Assembly: GCA_032718475.1 (NCBI GenBank) | Contig: JAUCBJ010007725.1 | Coordinates: 62,001-126,000 of the forward strand | Source of the DNA: Nemertoderma westbladi | Taxonomy: Eukaryota; Animalia; Xenacoelomorpha | Direction of reading: 5' to 3' | Length of the DNA: 64,000 nucleotides | In this document: one piece after another, positions 46,633 to 58,675 of the stretch | Numbering within the stretch: position 1 is the first letter of the stretch | Layout of the letters: each line of letters begins with the position of its first letter | Translations under genes and position numbers: made by a program | The notes under the pieces: generated by a model | What the model was told of the DNA's origin: nothing | Database searches by the model: none | The model's input: the letters and a program-made list of their open reading frames with translations, nothing else

Positions 46633-49600
46633 ACACCAATTCCAAGTTAGAAACAAGACTGAAGTTTGGTAATTTTAATGTTGAGGGTATAGTAAATAGT
46701 ATTGTGGAACCTGATTTTACCAAATTAATTTCTGGTTATGACTTTTTCTTGTGCACTGAAACGTGGCTTAGTCCAGTTGCTGAGCTTGATTTAAATATAA
46801 ATGGCTACTCAAATGTATCCGTTAACAGGAAGCGAAAAAATAAAAATGCTAAAAGATGCAGTGGCGGAATTACACTATATTATAAAACAAAATACGATGG
46901 GGCGGTACATGTTTTGTGTGACAGTGATGACGACATCCTATGGGTACTTTTTGAAGCAAAAAAATTCGGTATCATTACAGATATTGTTCTAGGTCTGGTG
47001 TATTTACCGCCGAACGGTTCAACAGCAGCCTTAGGGGACCCAATTTCTGTATTTGATAAACTGGAGGAAGGAATAATAAAGTTCAGTTGTTTGGGTGAAC
47101 TTATGATTTTTGGCGATTTCAATGCTCGAACTAGTACCGAGCCTGACTTCATCCCCAATGACAGACCTTGTGATACTCTTGACAGACTGCTTCCTAATGA
47201 TGACATGATTCCGAATAGCCATCAGTTTAATACTACTGACCTTCCAATTGAGACAGATAGGAAAAACACCGATTTAAAAATTAATAACTATGGCTGGAGA
47301 CTACTAACTCTTTGTAGAAATTCTGGACTCCGAATAGCCAATGGGAGAGTTGGAACTGATGGTTTAGTCGGTGGCGAGTGTACTTTTCACTGCACTGGTA
47401 AAAATAAAGTAATTGGGAAATCTACTATCGATTACTTTATCGCAAGCCCACTTTTATTTAAGCTATTCTCAGAACTATATGTCGGCGATGAAAACTTGTT
47501 TTCAAAACACCGTGTAGTCACGGCTGTAATAACTGGGATAGGTGAACAACTGCACTGCGGCTCACCTATCCCACCAACTGACTCTGTTTGCAATGATAAA
47601 TTTGTAGAATCTAAACACTTCCACTGGCGAGATAATAAAGCTGACAGTTATAAAAATTTCTTAGACAACCCCGATATTAAGGCTACTTTGAACAACATTA
47701 GCGATGACTTATGTGATGGTATATTTTCCAAAGAAAAAATTAACAAAGCTGTTGGCAGTTTCAATGAGTGTTTACATTCAGCTGGGGACCAGTACTTTGC
47801 AAGTACAAAAACTGACACAAAGGAAAAGGGTGACCTAGGAAACCACCCCTGGTACAACAGCGAGTGTTCTACTAAAAAGGCGGCATTTCGTACAGCGCTA
47901 AATAACTGGAATAGGAATCGGTCTCCAGAGGCCCATTTGCTATTATCAAAAGCACGTGGAGTTTATCTTAGTTGTATACGGCGGACAAAATTTGCATTCA
48001 AGGTTTCCCAATCAAAAAAACTTGCAGAATACTCTGTAACGGAAACTAAAAAGTTCTGGAAACTTCTGTCTAAAGCTAGTCAGTCCAACCGTGGCAGTGA
48101 TTGTACAAAACATATTTCATTAAATGTCCTTGAAAATCATTTCTCCAACCTGTGTAAGAATAATAGTGATGACAATTTTATTGACATTGGAATTACGCCC
48201 CAAAGACCAAATAATTTCAATATGCATAAAGATATTTTCGAAAATTTACTTGGAGATGCTTTTACTGAAGAGGAAGTTCAGGGTGGAATAAGAAATCTCA
48301 AGAGAGGTAAAGCATCCGGTGCTGATCTCCTAATAAATGAATTCTTTGTAGTTGGCTGCTCGCAGTTGACACCTGTGATGACAATACTTTTCAATGCTGT
48401 GCTCTTCTCTGGGCATTTTCCCGAGGCATGGACCGATGCTATTATCAGCCCGATTTACAAAAACAAAGGTAGCAAGTCAGAGGGTGGAAACTACAGGGGA
48501 ATCAGTCTATTAAGTGTTCTTGGTAAACTCTTTACAGGTTTAATTAACTCTCGTTTAACTTGGTGGGTCGATGTATCAGGACTCCTAAGTGACGCACAGG
48601 CGGGTTTTAGGAAAGGGTTTAGTACTGTAGATCATATATTTACGCTGAACACTATTGTGAATCACTTAATAAACTCAAAAATGAAACTATACGCATGCTT
48701 TGTCGATTTTCGAAAAGCATTCGATAGTGTGGACAGACAGGCACTCTGGTTAAAATTAAGTAACATGGGTTTTTGCGGGAGAATTTTTAATATTATTAAG
48801 GAAATGTATAAGGCAATAAAATCACGTGTTCGTTGGGATGGTCAATTTTCACAATCTTTTGACTGTCTAGCTGGAGTCTTACAGGGCGAATCTCTATCGC
48901 CCCTTCTTTTCTCACTGTTTCTCAATGACTTTGAGAGTCACATGTCTACATGCGGGGTTGACAGCTTGGACATCGGTACCTTACAACTGTTTATGTTACT
49001 CTATGCGGACGATATTGTCCTCGTTTCCCACTCGTCCCTTGGCCTGCAGAGATCTTTACATGCTTTGTCGGACTACTGTAAGTTCTGGGGACTCAGTGTA
49101 AACCTTGATAAGACTAAAGTGGTTGTCTTTAAAAAGGCGGGGTCAATGTCCCCACTGGATACATGGACTTACAATGGCACTCCCGTTCAGGTGGTGTCAC
49201 AGTATTTGTACCTGGGAGTTGTTTTCTCCTCAGGGGGTAGCTCTTTAGCAGCTCAGAAATTGTTGTGTGACAAAGCTAATAAGGCCATATTTTCGTTGTC
49301 GAGGTATATGTATTGTTTTCCTACGGCGCCTGTGCAACTTTTATGCAAACTGTTTCAATGTCTTATTAAACCTATTTTAAATTACGGTTGTGAGGTCTGG
49401 GGATTTTGCCCTGCATTGGGTATCGAGCGAATCCAGCTGTCTTTCTTAAAAAGAGTGCTTAAATTGAAATCGTCAACCCCAAACTATATGGTGTACGGCG
49501 AGTGTGGTATTTTCCCGCTCATAGTTGAAAGGAAAGTGAGTATTCTAAAATATTGGCTAAAACTTATTACAATGCCAGATTCTAGAATCGCAAAACAAGC

Positions 49601-50243
49601 CTACACATTGGCTGTAAATGATTGTTTACGCAAACCGTCGCTTTCAAATTGGGCTTCGCGAGTACGGGATTTATTGAACGGAATTGGCTTATCTTGGGCT
49701 TGGCGTGACCAGTTCGTACCAGAGGAACTAAAATTTTTAGCTATAGCTAAACGGGTACTTAAAGAACAATTTATTCAGAATTGGTGGTCCTTAATAAATA
49801 ATTCGCCCAAGGGTACTCTTTATGTAAAGTACTGCTTCCGACCTGAATTATACCTTAGTGTGCTAACTGAACATCCACAACTGAGATATTCGCTTTCGAA
49901 GTTCAGATGTTCTTCGCATCATTTGGCTATAGAATCTGGGCGATGGCGAAGAGTTGCTCGCTCCGATCGGGTCTGTCAAGTATGCAACACCGACCAAATA
50001 GAAGACGAGTATCATTTTTTGTTTGTGTGCCCTAAATATAACGCTCTGAGAACCCAATATTTAGATTCGCATCATAGCGCAACCCCTCCCAGTTTTGAAA
50101 AATTTCGCCTATTTCACTTGTCCTCGGATTCATCCGTAATTATGAATTTGGCACTTTTTGTCCACAAAGCAATGGCCCTGAGGGCAGAGGTATTAACACC
50201 GACTATAGTTGGTGTAACAAGCATAGCTTCTGTTGTACTCTAG
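46575..50243 (+). CDS. LINE ORF2: AP endonuclease + reverse transcriptase + C-terminal CCHC finger; start codon uncertain
   Basis: FGNFNVEG (upstream of the annotated GTG at 46704), TETW, GDFNAR, TIDY, YRGISLL, QAGFRKG, FVDFRKAFDSV, QGESLSP, YADD, YLGV, LAIESGRW..CQVC..EDEYHFLFVC. Confidence 0.93.
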   Translation, partial: TPTRQLYGPSVHHSTGQRLNTNSKLETRLKFGNFNVEGIVNSIVEPDFTKLISGYDFFLCTETWLSPVAELDLNINGYSNVSVNRKRKNKNAKRCSGGITLYYKTKYDGAVHVLCDSDDDILWVLFEAKKFGIITDIVLGLVYLPPNGSTAALGDPISVFDKLEEGIIKFSCLGELMIFGDFNARTSTEPDFIPNDRPCDTLDRLLPNDDMIPNSHQFNTTDLPIETDRKNTDLKINNYGWRLLTLCRNSGLRIANGRVGTDGLVGGECTFHCTGKNKVIGKSTIDYFIASPLLFKLFSELYVGDENLFSKHRVVTAVITGIGEQLHCGSPIPPTDSVCNDKFVESKHFHWRDNKADSYKNFLDNPDIKATLNNISDDLCDGIFSKEKINKAVGSFNECLHSAGDQYFASTKTDTKEKGDLGNHPWYNSECSTKKAAFRTALNNWNRNRSPEAHLLLSKARGVYLSCIRRTKFAFKVSQSKKLAEYSVTETKKFWKLLSKASQSNRGSDCTKHISLNVLENHFSNLCKNNSDDNFIDIGITPQRPNNFNMHKDIFENLLGDAFTEEEVQGGIRNLKRGKASGADLLINEFFVVGCSQLTPVMTILFNAVLFSGHFPEAWTDAIISPIYKNKGSKSEGGNYRGISLLSVLGKLFTGLINSRLTWWVDVSGLLSDAQAGFRKGFSTVDHIFTLNTIVNHLINSKMKLYACFVDFRKAFDSVDRQALWLKLSNMGFCGRIFNIIKEMYKAIKSRVRWDGQFSQSFDCLAGVLQGESLSPLLFSLFLNDFESHMSTCGVDSLDIGTLQLFMLLYADDIVLVSHSSLGLQRSLHALSDYCKFWGLSVNLDKTKVVVFKKAGSMSPLDTWTYNGTPVQVVSQYLYLGVVFSSGGSSLAAQKLLCDKANKAIFSLSRYMYCFPTAPVQLLCKLFQCLIKPILNYGCEVWGFCPALGIERIQLSFLKRVLKLKSSTPNYMVYGECGIFPLIVERKVSILKYWLKLITMPDSRIAKQAYTLAVNDCLRKPSLSNWASRVRDLLNGIGLSWAWRDQFVPEELKFLAIAKRVLKEQFIQNWWSLINNSPKGTLYVKYCFRPELYLSVLTEHPQLRYSLSKFRCSSHHLAIESGRWRRVARSDRVCQVCNTDQIEDEYHFLFVCPKYNALRTQYLDSHHSATPPSFEKFRLFHLSSDSSVIMNLALFVHKAMALRAEVLTPTIVGVTSIASVVL

Positions 50244-51682
50244 AAAGTTAAAGATTATAACCATCTTGAAATACATATAAAAACTGATGTTGGTAAATAA
50301 CTCCCTCTCCCAATGTCTATCGCTTTAAATTGTATATATTATCGTATGTACGTATTTGTATTTCATCTGTACCATATATTTTCGTACTATCAAGATCAAC
50401 TACGGTATACGATTGTGAATTTTGGCTTTGTTAACGGTAATTTTGGTAATGGCCAACGTTATATTGGTGGATTAGCTGGCGCTCGGCAAATACTTACAAT
50501 TAATAACATTTGGTGCTTTCGATATAAATTAATATGTGTTACCGGTACATTCACTATGTGACAATTTCATTAACTTGAATGTCGATTGATTAATAAACAA
50601 AACATATTTATTTAATAGTCAATGTTCTGTTTTATACATGACTTTATGAATTTTTATCAGCTATTGACTATGTTTGGGAGACTTTCGCACACTCATACGC
50701 ATAAGAAGATAAATCTCCGCTCCTGTGATCTATTAATTAATAGAATTTTGGGAATGTTATAAATTGCGTAAAAATGGCAATTTATTAAATTCATTAAAAG
50801 GCATGAATTTAAATTATTCCCTGAAATTTTATTATTTACTAATTAAATGGACATATTTTGATTCTAGAATATGTCTGGGGACACAAGATCCTTAATTCTA
50901 TGACAATTGTCTTTTTAAGAATATCGGTAAATGCTACGATATCTTAATTGACTAGAATTGTTGAAGGATCTGAATTTTACAGATTTTGATTTATTGGATT
51001 AGCAAATATTAAATAATTAATATTTGAGATGGGCACCGATTTATTCCAGAACTTGTCTGGGGACGTTAACCACTGATTCTAAGATTTGTCTTTCAAGTAT
51101 ATCGGTGGGTGCCGCGATATCTTAATCGACTAGAATTACAGATGGTCAAAGGGTTTAACAGATTTATTTTGCGTTATACGCTACTGTTAAAGGGACATCA
51201 CGCTACTATATGTATTATTTAGTATACGGTATGAGAGCAATATCGCACGAAGCAATGTCAGTGTGAAGAGGCAAGTCGTTTCCAAGGTCTACCCAGAGCT
51301 TGGTTTAGCCGAGACACGAGGATCTGAACTTTGCATTCCTAATACTCTGCCTACCAATAATACTTGAATATAGTAGTGGCTTTATTGTACTTTAATAAGT
51401 ACGGACATTTCATCTTACTGGAGTTACGTATTTATAATATAATACGGACAGTAAGGAAAGAGAAAAAACAATTGTTTCTCACTGTCACACTAAATATAAT
51501 ATAAGTAATTACGTACGCAATAAACATGAACATATTGCACTATTCTACTAAATAATCGCTAAATAATATTCTACTAAATTAAATAAAACGATTATAATAA
51601 AATTACAGAGTAATACATACATAAATATAAAAATAATAAAATAATATAAAATAATAGAGTCACACGCCCACTCCGAACGATA

Positions 51683-53943
51683 TTAAGTTGGGGAGTCCCT
51701 AGATGTCGGTTGGATTAGGGAAGTGGTCGTGGGAAGAGTTTCTTGCCTTCCATAGTTTCCGGAGAGCTCTCTGTCTCTTTCCAGTAAACATAAACGACCC
51801 ACTGGGCGATTAAGCTGTTGAGTCTCAAAGACTATCCCTGGTTTCTTAAAGTTACGCCGCATGACGACGAGCTCTACTGATCGCACCAAACCATCGCTCG
51901 AGATATGAGTCTCGATGATACGTCCTGTTTGCCATCGCTTACGTGGGAGATCGGGGTCCACAATAAGCACCATGTCTCCAGCGCTGACGTTTTCTTGCTG
52001 CGCAAACCACTTAGTTCGAAGTTGTAGAGTGGGCAGGTAATGTTTCTCGAAATGGTCAGCGAAACGACGGGATAGCAACTGCATAAGTTGCCAGGTTCGA
52101 CGGCAGTACTCGTCTCCGTCTGTGATCTCCGATCGTGGGAGCATGGCTACGGGTTTCTTCAGTAGAAAGTGCGCGGGTGTTAGCGCTTCCAGGGAATCAG
52201 GACTTGAAGAGACTGGCATAAGCGGTCTTTCGTTGAGATAAGCGGCGATTTCCTCCATTAACGTCCGCAATAGTTCGTCGGTGAGATAAGCGCGACAAGG
52301 CACAATAAAGTGGAACGCAGTCTTCACGCTCCTAATCAATCTCTCCCAACTTCCTCCCCACCAAGGGGCGTCGGCGGCGTTGAAGGTCCAGCTAGACGCT
52401 GTTATCCTTAGCTGATCGTCCACCTGTCTTTTGTTCCAGTCCTTTACGTAAGCTTGAATTTCGTTGTTGGCGCCAATGAAGTTCGTTCCCTTATCCGATC
52501 TCATCGTGTTACTGGTTCCGAAGCGAGCGATCTGTCGTCGTAAACTCAACACGAAGCTGTTGGTGGATAGATCATTTACCATATCGAGATGGATAGCTCT
52601 ACAAGTCATACAAACGAAGATGACACACCATCTCTTGACTATAGTCCGAGCACGATATACTTCAATAGGGCCAAATAAATCCACACTGGTATTAGTAAAG
52701 GGTGGTTCGTAGAAGCTTACTCTTTCCCTAGGTAATTCTGCCTCTCGCTGTGTCAAAGGCCTACTGAATGCTTTCCTATAGGGTATGCAGTTCCTAAGGA
52801 CTTGGTTCAGAGCCCTACGGGGTTTATAAAAATAGTAGCGAGTTCTAATTTCGCTCAGAACTCGTTCTCTTCCAGCATGATACAGTTTGCTATGAACATC
52901 TACAATCATCTTGATTTGTATGTCAAGATTTCTAATGAGTATGGGAAACTTAGTGTCAAAGGATAAGGGGGCGTTGGTGAGCCTGCCTCCAACACGTATT
53001 AACCCATCTATCATGGTACTAGAGAAGCGATCCCTTAAGCGCATCTGCGGATTTCTTAACAACAGGAAATACTTATCGGGATCCTCATAGCATTGTAGGA
53101 GTCTCAGCATCTGTTTGTTGGTTTCATCATGCTCCTGGTAACTGATCTTCTCCTTTAGAAACCTGTTGGATATCTTATATTTAGGAAGATCTTTAACAAC
53201 ATGGACTCTTGCAGATGTTGATGGAGCATCATCACTATTGGTCTTTGTCCCGGAGTAACGATGATGAAAACATCGTTTTAAACAGGTGACGGCTTTACAG
53301 AGCCGATTCCAGGAACTGTAATGACGTATCACTCTCTGCAGGAGAGGTGAGAGTCCTTGCGAAATATCTGGTATTCCAGATTTCCAATCCTTGTCACGGA
53401 TTTCTAAGACTTCTTTATCCGTGGCTGTGGGTTTCTGATCCAAAGCATCCTCTCCGGAAGTAAATAATACAGATAGATCAACCGCAGGTTTAAACAACTT
53501 CGATTTACTCGCTCGAGTTTTGGGTTTAACTTTCTCCGCTCCCTTGGCCTGTCTGATCTCTGCTGTTGTGAGATGGGGAGGCCATTCTTCTTCTTCTCTG
53601 TAGAGAAAGTCGGGTCCACCTAACCATTCGGGAGTATTTACCAATTCCTTTGGAGTCGCTCCTCGGGAAGCGATGTCTGCTGGATTAATCGTTCCTGGGC
53701 AATGTCTCCATTGGTCCATCGTCGTGCGACTAAGTATGATGGCTACTCTGTTGGTAATGAAGACGCTGAACTGACAGACTTCATTGGTGATATACTCTAA
53801 CACGAGTAAAGCGTCGGTCCAATAGACAGTTTTCTCTAATGGATAGTCAATCTGTTCTGTTACATTCCGGCCGATGGCTGTAGCGTATAGAGCCGCTTTT
53901 AACTCCGCTCGAGGAACTTTCAACTTGTTGTTGATTAATGCCT
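51683..53943 (-). CDS. pol: Giant BEL/Pao pol, 3' part (RNase H remainder + integrase)
   Basis: VPRAELKAA, YWTDA, NPADIASRG, H..H..CIPY (degenerate HHCC), VDLFGP, SDKGTNF, GSWERLI, RWQTGRI. Confidence 0.9.
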
Positions 53944-53957
53944 TAGAAGTAATCAAG

Positions 53958-56297
53958 TCCCAGATAGACCATATTCTGTTTCGTAGGAAATACAGGAGCT
54001 CTATACAAGACTGTAATGCATTCACACTTCGACCCTTCTCCATTGATCACCGCCTTATTGTGGCCAAGGTAAGACTTAGTCTGCGTGCTAGCAGAACAAC
54101 GAAATCTGCCTTGCCACGGCATGACTGGTCCTCTCTGTTGCAACAGCCAAGTGTGAGATCCAGCTTCACACTACAGCTGAGCAACAGGTATGAGGCTCTT
54201 GCCTCTGAGGCGGCAGATCACTGTGAGGGCTATACTGCCTTTACAGAAGCAGTTAAGTTAGCAGCTGCAGAAACAGTTCCTGTATACCCTCGAAACAGGA
54301 AAAGGGCCCCCTGGACTGACAACAAAATTCAGAAGTGCCGAAATGACCTTCATAAGGCGCAGAAAGAGTCCCGACTCAAACAGACTACAGCGGCCAAGAA
54401 TGCAGTTAAAGCTGCATCTAGGTCCCTGAACAGGCAGTACTCTGTTAATCTACAGGAGCTAATAAACCAACAGGTTGATGCCATCAATGATGCTGACGAC
54501 AGCAGGCAATCATCCCAGGCATGGAAATCGATCAATCTGCTTACTGGGCGGAAAAGCCAACCAACCACCAAGGTTAAGGCTGAATCACCAGCCGATCGCC
54601 TCAATGGTTGGAAAGCCCACTTTGAAAAGCTCCTCAATAATGACAGGGTATTGCCTGATAACTTTATAGAAGTAAAAGTGTCTGAGTCTGTACTCCCAGA
54701 TATTCCCATTGGCGATATCTCCTTTGCAGAAGTGAAGGCTGCTGCAAAGAGCATTAAGACCAATCGTGCCAGTGGAGTAGATGGTGTTCCCCCTGAGGTC
54801 TTTAAAATACCTGAGTGTTTAAAGCTCATCTATCCCATCATAGTAGACATGTACCGTACAACAAGAGTCCCACAAGAAATGAAAACAAATAAGTTGGTGC
54901 CAGTTCCCAAGAAGGGCAACCTAACACTCTATGGTTCTTTTCGGGGAATCTCATTGATCTCGATTGCTGCAAAACTATACAATAGAATTCTATTAAATCG
55001 CATCAGGGATCCCATTGAGAGACTGCTACGTGGAAATCAGAATGGGTTCCGTAAAGGTCGTGGGACCATGGAGCCCATTTTGGCACTTAGAAGGATAATT
55101 GAAGAGTTATCAAAAAAGAAAGACAGGCATCTGGCTGTTATCTTTGTTGACTTCTTCAAGGCCTTTGATTCAGTCTCTCGCTCACGTATGTTCAGCATAC
55201 TTTCATTATATGGGATTCCTGATGAAATTATTGCAGCAATCAGATCAGTATACGATGGTTCGACAACATTTGTGTCTACTGTTGACGGTGACACAGAACC
55301 ATTTGAAGTGTTATGGGGCGTCCTCCAAGGAGACACACTTGCACCATTCTTGTTCATTATTGTGGTTGACTATGTTCTACGCATGTCCTTAGATCATCAT
55401 AATGAAGATGGGGTGATGTTAACTCCACCTACTGGCTCCAGAAGTCGAGGAAATCCTGCCAAGTACCTAACTGATCTAGACTTTGCTGATGACTTAGGAG
55501 TACTCTCAGAATCATTAGAGGGAGCCCAGCGGCTCCTCAGCTCATTAGAACATGCTGCTTCTAGTGTTGGTCTTTTTATTAACTCCAGAAAGACCAAAAT
55601 TCTGACAGTTAACTTTGAAAGTCCTCAGCAAGTCTCTGATCGGATGAGCATAAGCTCAAAGGATGGTATGCTTGAGCATGTGGACGACTTCTGTTACCTG
55701 GGATCATGGATCCGGAAGTCAGGTGAGGACCTTCGAATACGTAAGGGAAAGGCATGGGCAGCCTTGAATAGGCTTTCCAGGATTTGGAAGTCACCTAGAA
55801 TTAATCGGAAACTTAAGGTCCGATTATTTAGAGCAGCAGTAGTTCCAGTACTCCTCTACGGGAGTCCATGCTGGGCTCTAACTGCTGAGGACACCAAATC
55901 TCTGGATGGCACATTCACAAGAATGCTACGCCGGGTACATTGTGTCAAGTACAATGCACACATCTCCAACCAGACACTATATAACATTGGAGGTGTCTCA
56001 TTGGTTCCCCCAAGCTTGACACTAGAACAAAATCGCCTCCGCTTTGCAGGACATTGCTTTCGCCGTGAGGACCAGCCTGTGCATAATCTTGTACTTTGGC
56101 AGCCTCATGGAGTGAATAAGCATGGTGGACAGCCCATGACTTTCTTGAGACGCATCTTAAAGGACACTGGCCTTAAAGATGCGGATGATCTAGCAAATGT
56201 CATGGGTGATAGGGAGTTATGGCGGTGCAATTTTGTTGACAAGCCGGCACAGCATTCTTAAAAATGCAGCTGCAATGCAGCATGCCGATCCTAGTAG
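53958..56297 (+). mobile_element. 5'-truncated RTE-clade LINE inserted in the BEL pol; ORF open from 53958 to 56261
   Basis: SQIDHIL (APE end), FRGISL, QNGFRKGR, FVDFFKAFDSV, QGDTLAP, FADD, YLGS; TAG-repeat 3' tail; TSD TAGAAGTAA(Y)CAAG at 53944-53957 and 56298-56311. Confidence 0.92.
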
Positions 56298-57723
56298 TAG
56301 AAGTAACCAAGGCGACTTTGATTCCATCCGAAGTTTCCACTCTTAGATAGGCTACTATACCTATTCCCATATCGCTGGCGTCTCCAAACACATGGAGTTG
56401 ATAGGAATACGTAGGGAGAACATGACCAAAATATGAACGGGAAATTATAAAATCCTCGATAGCCGGCAGAGAATCTTCCCATTTCATCCACTTCTTCAAT
56501 AATTCTCCCTTAAGTGGATCGTCCCATGAGTGGTTTTCAAGCCACATTTGTTGTACCAAACTACGAGCAATCAATATAACTGGGCTAATAAATCCCAATG
56601 GATCGAAATAAGTGCTCAGTATACTTAAGCAAATCCGTTTGGTTCGAACTGGATTATCTCGCTGTTTTAGCTGGAAAAACAGGATATCTCGCTCTGTGTC
56701 CCATTTCAAGCCGAGTGTCTTGGTTTCTGGCAGATCATCTTTGATCAAATCTAGATCTTTCGCCCCTCGATCTTCCGCAGGGATCGACTCCAGAAACTCA
56801 CGGGAGTTGCTGGTGAATTTCGTTAATCGAAACCCACCTCTTTTTAAGCACTCTACCGTTCCTTTAGCGACCTCAATGGCTTCCTCAACTGATGGAAGGG
56901 ACTTCAGATTGTCGTCCATGTATATGTCCCGCTTGATGTTGTCGATCACTTCCTTAGAGAAGGCCTCTCGGTTGTCCTCTGCAGTGGTACGCACTACCGA
57001 ACAGGCGTTGGAAGGGCTTGAGATTATCCCAAAGGCCTGGATGGTCATCCAATACTCCACCGGTTTCTGGTTGAGGTCTCCTTCGGGCCACCATAGAAAT
57101 CGTAGGCTATCTCGATCCCTATCCAACACTTTGACTTGCAAGAACATGCCTTCTATATCGGAGGCGAAAGCAATCGAATATTGTCTCAATCTTAAAAGAA
57201 TTCCCAACAAAGATTGAAGTAAGTTGGGTCCTGGTAACAATTCAGAGTTAAGGGATTGACCCATGTAAAGAGCGGAGCCATCAAACACTACTCTCACTTC
57301 ATGTGGTTTACCGGGTTTAGGAACGTAATGGTGAGTTAAGTAATACGTTCTTTCAGTCACAGGTGTTTCTTCCGGTACTCTCTCCGCGTATCCCTTACTA
57401 ATAAATTTCTCCAGCTGTGTTTGATACATTTCTTTAGCTGAAGAATTAGCCGTAAGGCGTCGATGGAGTTGCGCGATTCTTTTTTCCGCCAAGGGTCTGT
57501 TATTGATGAACTTCGGTTCTCTCTTGCGGAAAGGTAGACCGACTTCATACCTACCTTGATCTTTGAGGAAACGTGAAGTTGTCTCTTGGATCTGCTTGGC
57601 CCTTTCCTCTTCCACCGACAAGGCTTTATCGTAGGAATTGGGCTCTACCGCCTCTTGCGTAAAGAATCGTACGGCATGTTCATCTCGAGTCTTGGCATTG
57701 CAACGCTCCTTGGGTTTCCTTGG
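56298..57723 (-). CDS. pol: Giant BEL/Pao pol, 5' part (RT + RNase H start)
   Basis: RYEVGLPF, YYLTHHYV, VRVVFDGSA, SLNSELLPGPNL, SDIEGMFLQV, YMDD, FDPLG, HVFGDASD; frame open upstream of 57621 through VRFFTQE. Confidence 0.92.
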
Positions 57724-58288
57724 CTACTCCCATCCGGTGTATGTCTTCCCAGGCAGCTTCTGATAAATCAAACGGGAGTCCGGGTCCGGGGAAGTTCCAT
57801 TGCGACTCGACAATAGACTTCAGTTCTTCCCTCGTGTATCCCGCATAACTATCTCTAGTTGATCGCTGACTTCTCGCCCAATCGATCTGGTGTTCTTCCA
57901 CCGCAATCAATAACCTAGTGAGTACGGCTGCAGGAAGAATGAGAAGGGGATCCGAATAAACCGCTTCCATCATCTTTGCTCCGCGCTCGGGTGTCAGCTC
58001 TACAGTATCCTCACTACTGGAGCTGTTGGGCCGTTGAGAAATAAGTTCTTGGCTAGCGGGTTGTTGCTGTTCTGCTGCTTCTTGGTCCCGCTTGACCTGA
58101 GCTCGAGTGCCTATGATAGACCTACGATGTTGGACCAGCCTAGGTTCCGTTATTACTACTGGAGGGATGACCTTCCTCACAGTGGGAGGTGAACTGAACT
58201 TACGACTAGACGGTTCTACGTCTCTATCTGAGTCACAGATAGTTACATCTAATAAACTGTCTGACAGGTTCTGCTTAGTATCAGACAT
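57680..58288 (-). CDS. Probable gag N-terminal remnant of the giant element (202 aa)
   Basis: First ATG ORF after the long leader; overlaps the pol frame; no capsid, zinc-knuckle or protease motifs. Confidence 0.5.
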   Translation of the reverse strand: MSDTKQNLSDSLLDVTICDSDRDVEPSSRKFSSPPTVRKVIPPVVITEPRLVQHRRSIIGTRAQVKRDQEAAEQQQPASQELISQRPNSSSSEDTVELTPERGAKMMEAVYSDPLLILPAAVLTRLLIAVEEHQIDWARSQRSTRDSYAGYTREELKSIVESQWNFPGPGLPFDLSEAAWEDIHRMGVAKETQGALQCQDSR

Positions 58289-58399
58289 GTTTATGGATAC
58301 AGTTGAATGCCTACTGCTATATTACAGTCTAAGCAAGTCTAGTAATTCAGTATTAACTGCTAGCCTAGTAATTAATTAGCGATACTGCTACTCAGTGTA

Positions 58400-58675
58400 G
58401 CGTGATATATATAATATATTAGAATACCGGTATGCTTATAGTATATATAACTATTATTACAGACTAGGTTTATCACAGAATACCGGTATAATTTTAGCAC
58501 AAATATATATAAATATATAATAGGCCTATCTGGAATACCGGTATACAGCTTACAGTTTTGTAGTATATATAATTATAATTCTGGACTAGAATTAATTATA
58601 AAGTACCGGTATAATTTCAGCCTAAATTTATAGAAATAAAGATAATAGGCCTATCGTAAATACCGGTATATCAAT
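58400..58675. repeat. Degenerate ~60-bp tandem repeat with TACCGGTA palindrome in the element leader
   Basis: aataccggta/taccggtata at ~58423, 58479, 58534, 58603, 58659. Confidence 0.7.

Larger units (their letters stand above)
45373..50615 (+). mobile_element. Apparently full-length non-LTR retrotransposon (APE-RT-zinc finger; RTEX-like, clade tentative)
   Basis: 9-bp TSD TAGTCAATG (45364-45372, 50616-50624); AATAAA at 50592 and short (ATTT) tail; ORF1 + ORF2. Confidence 0.85.
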
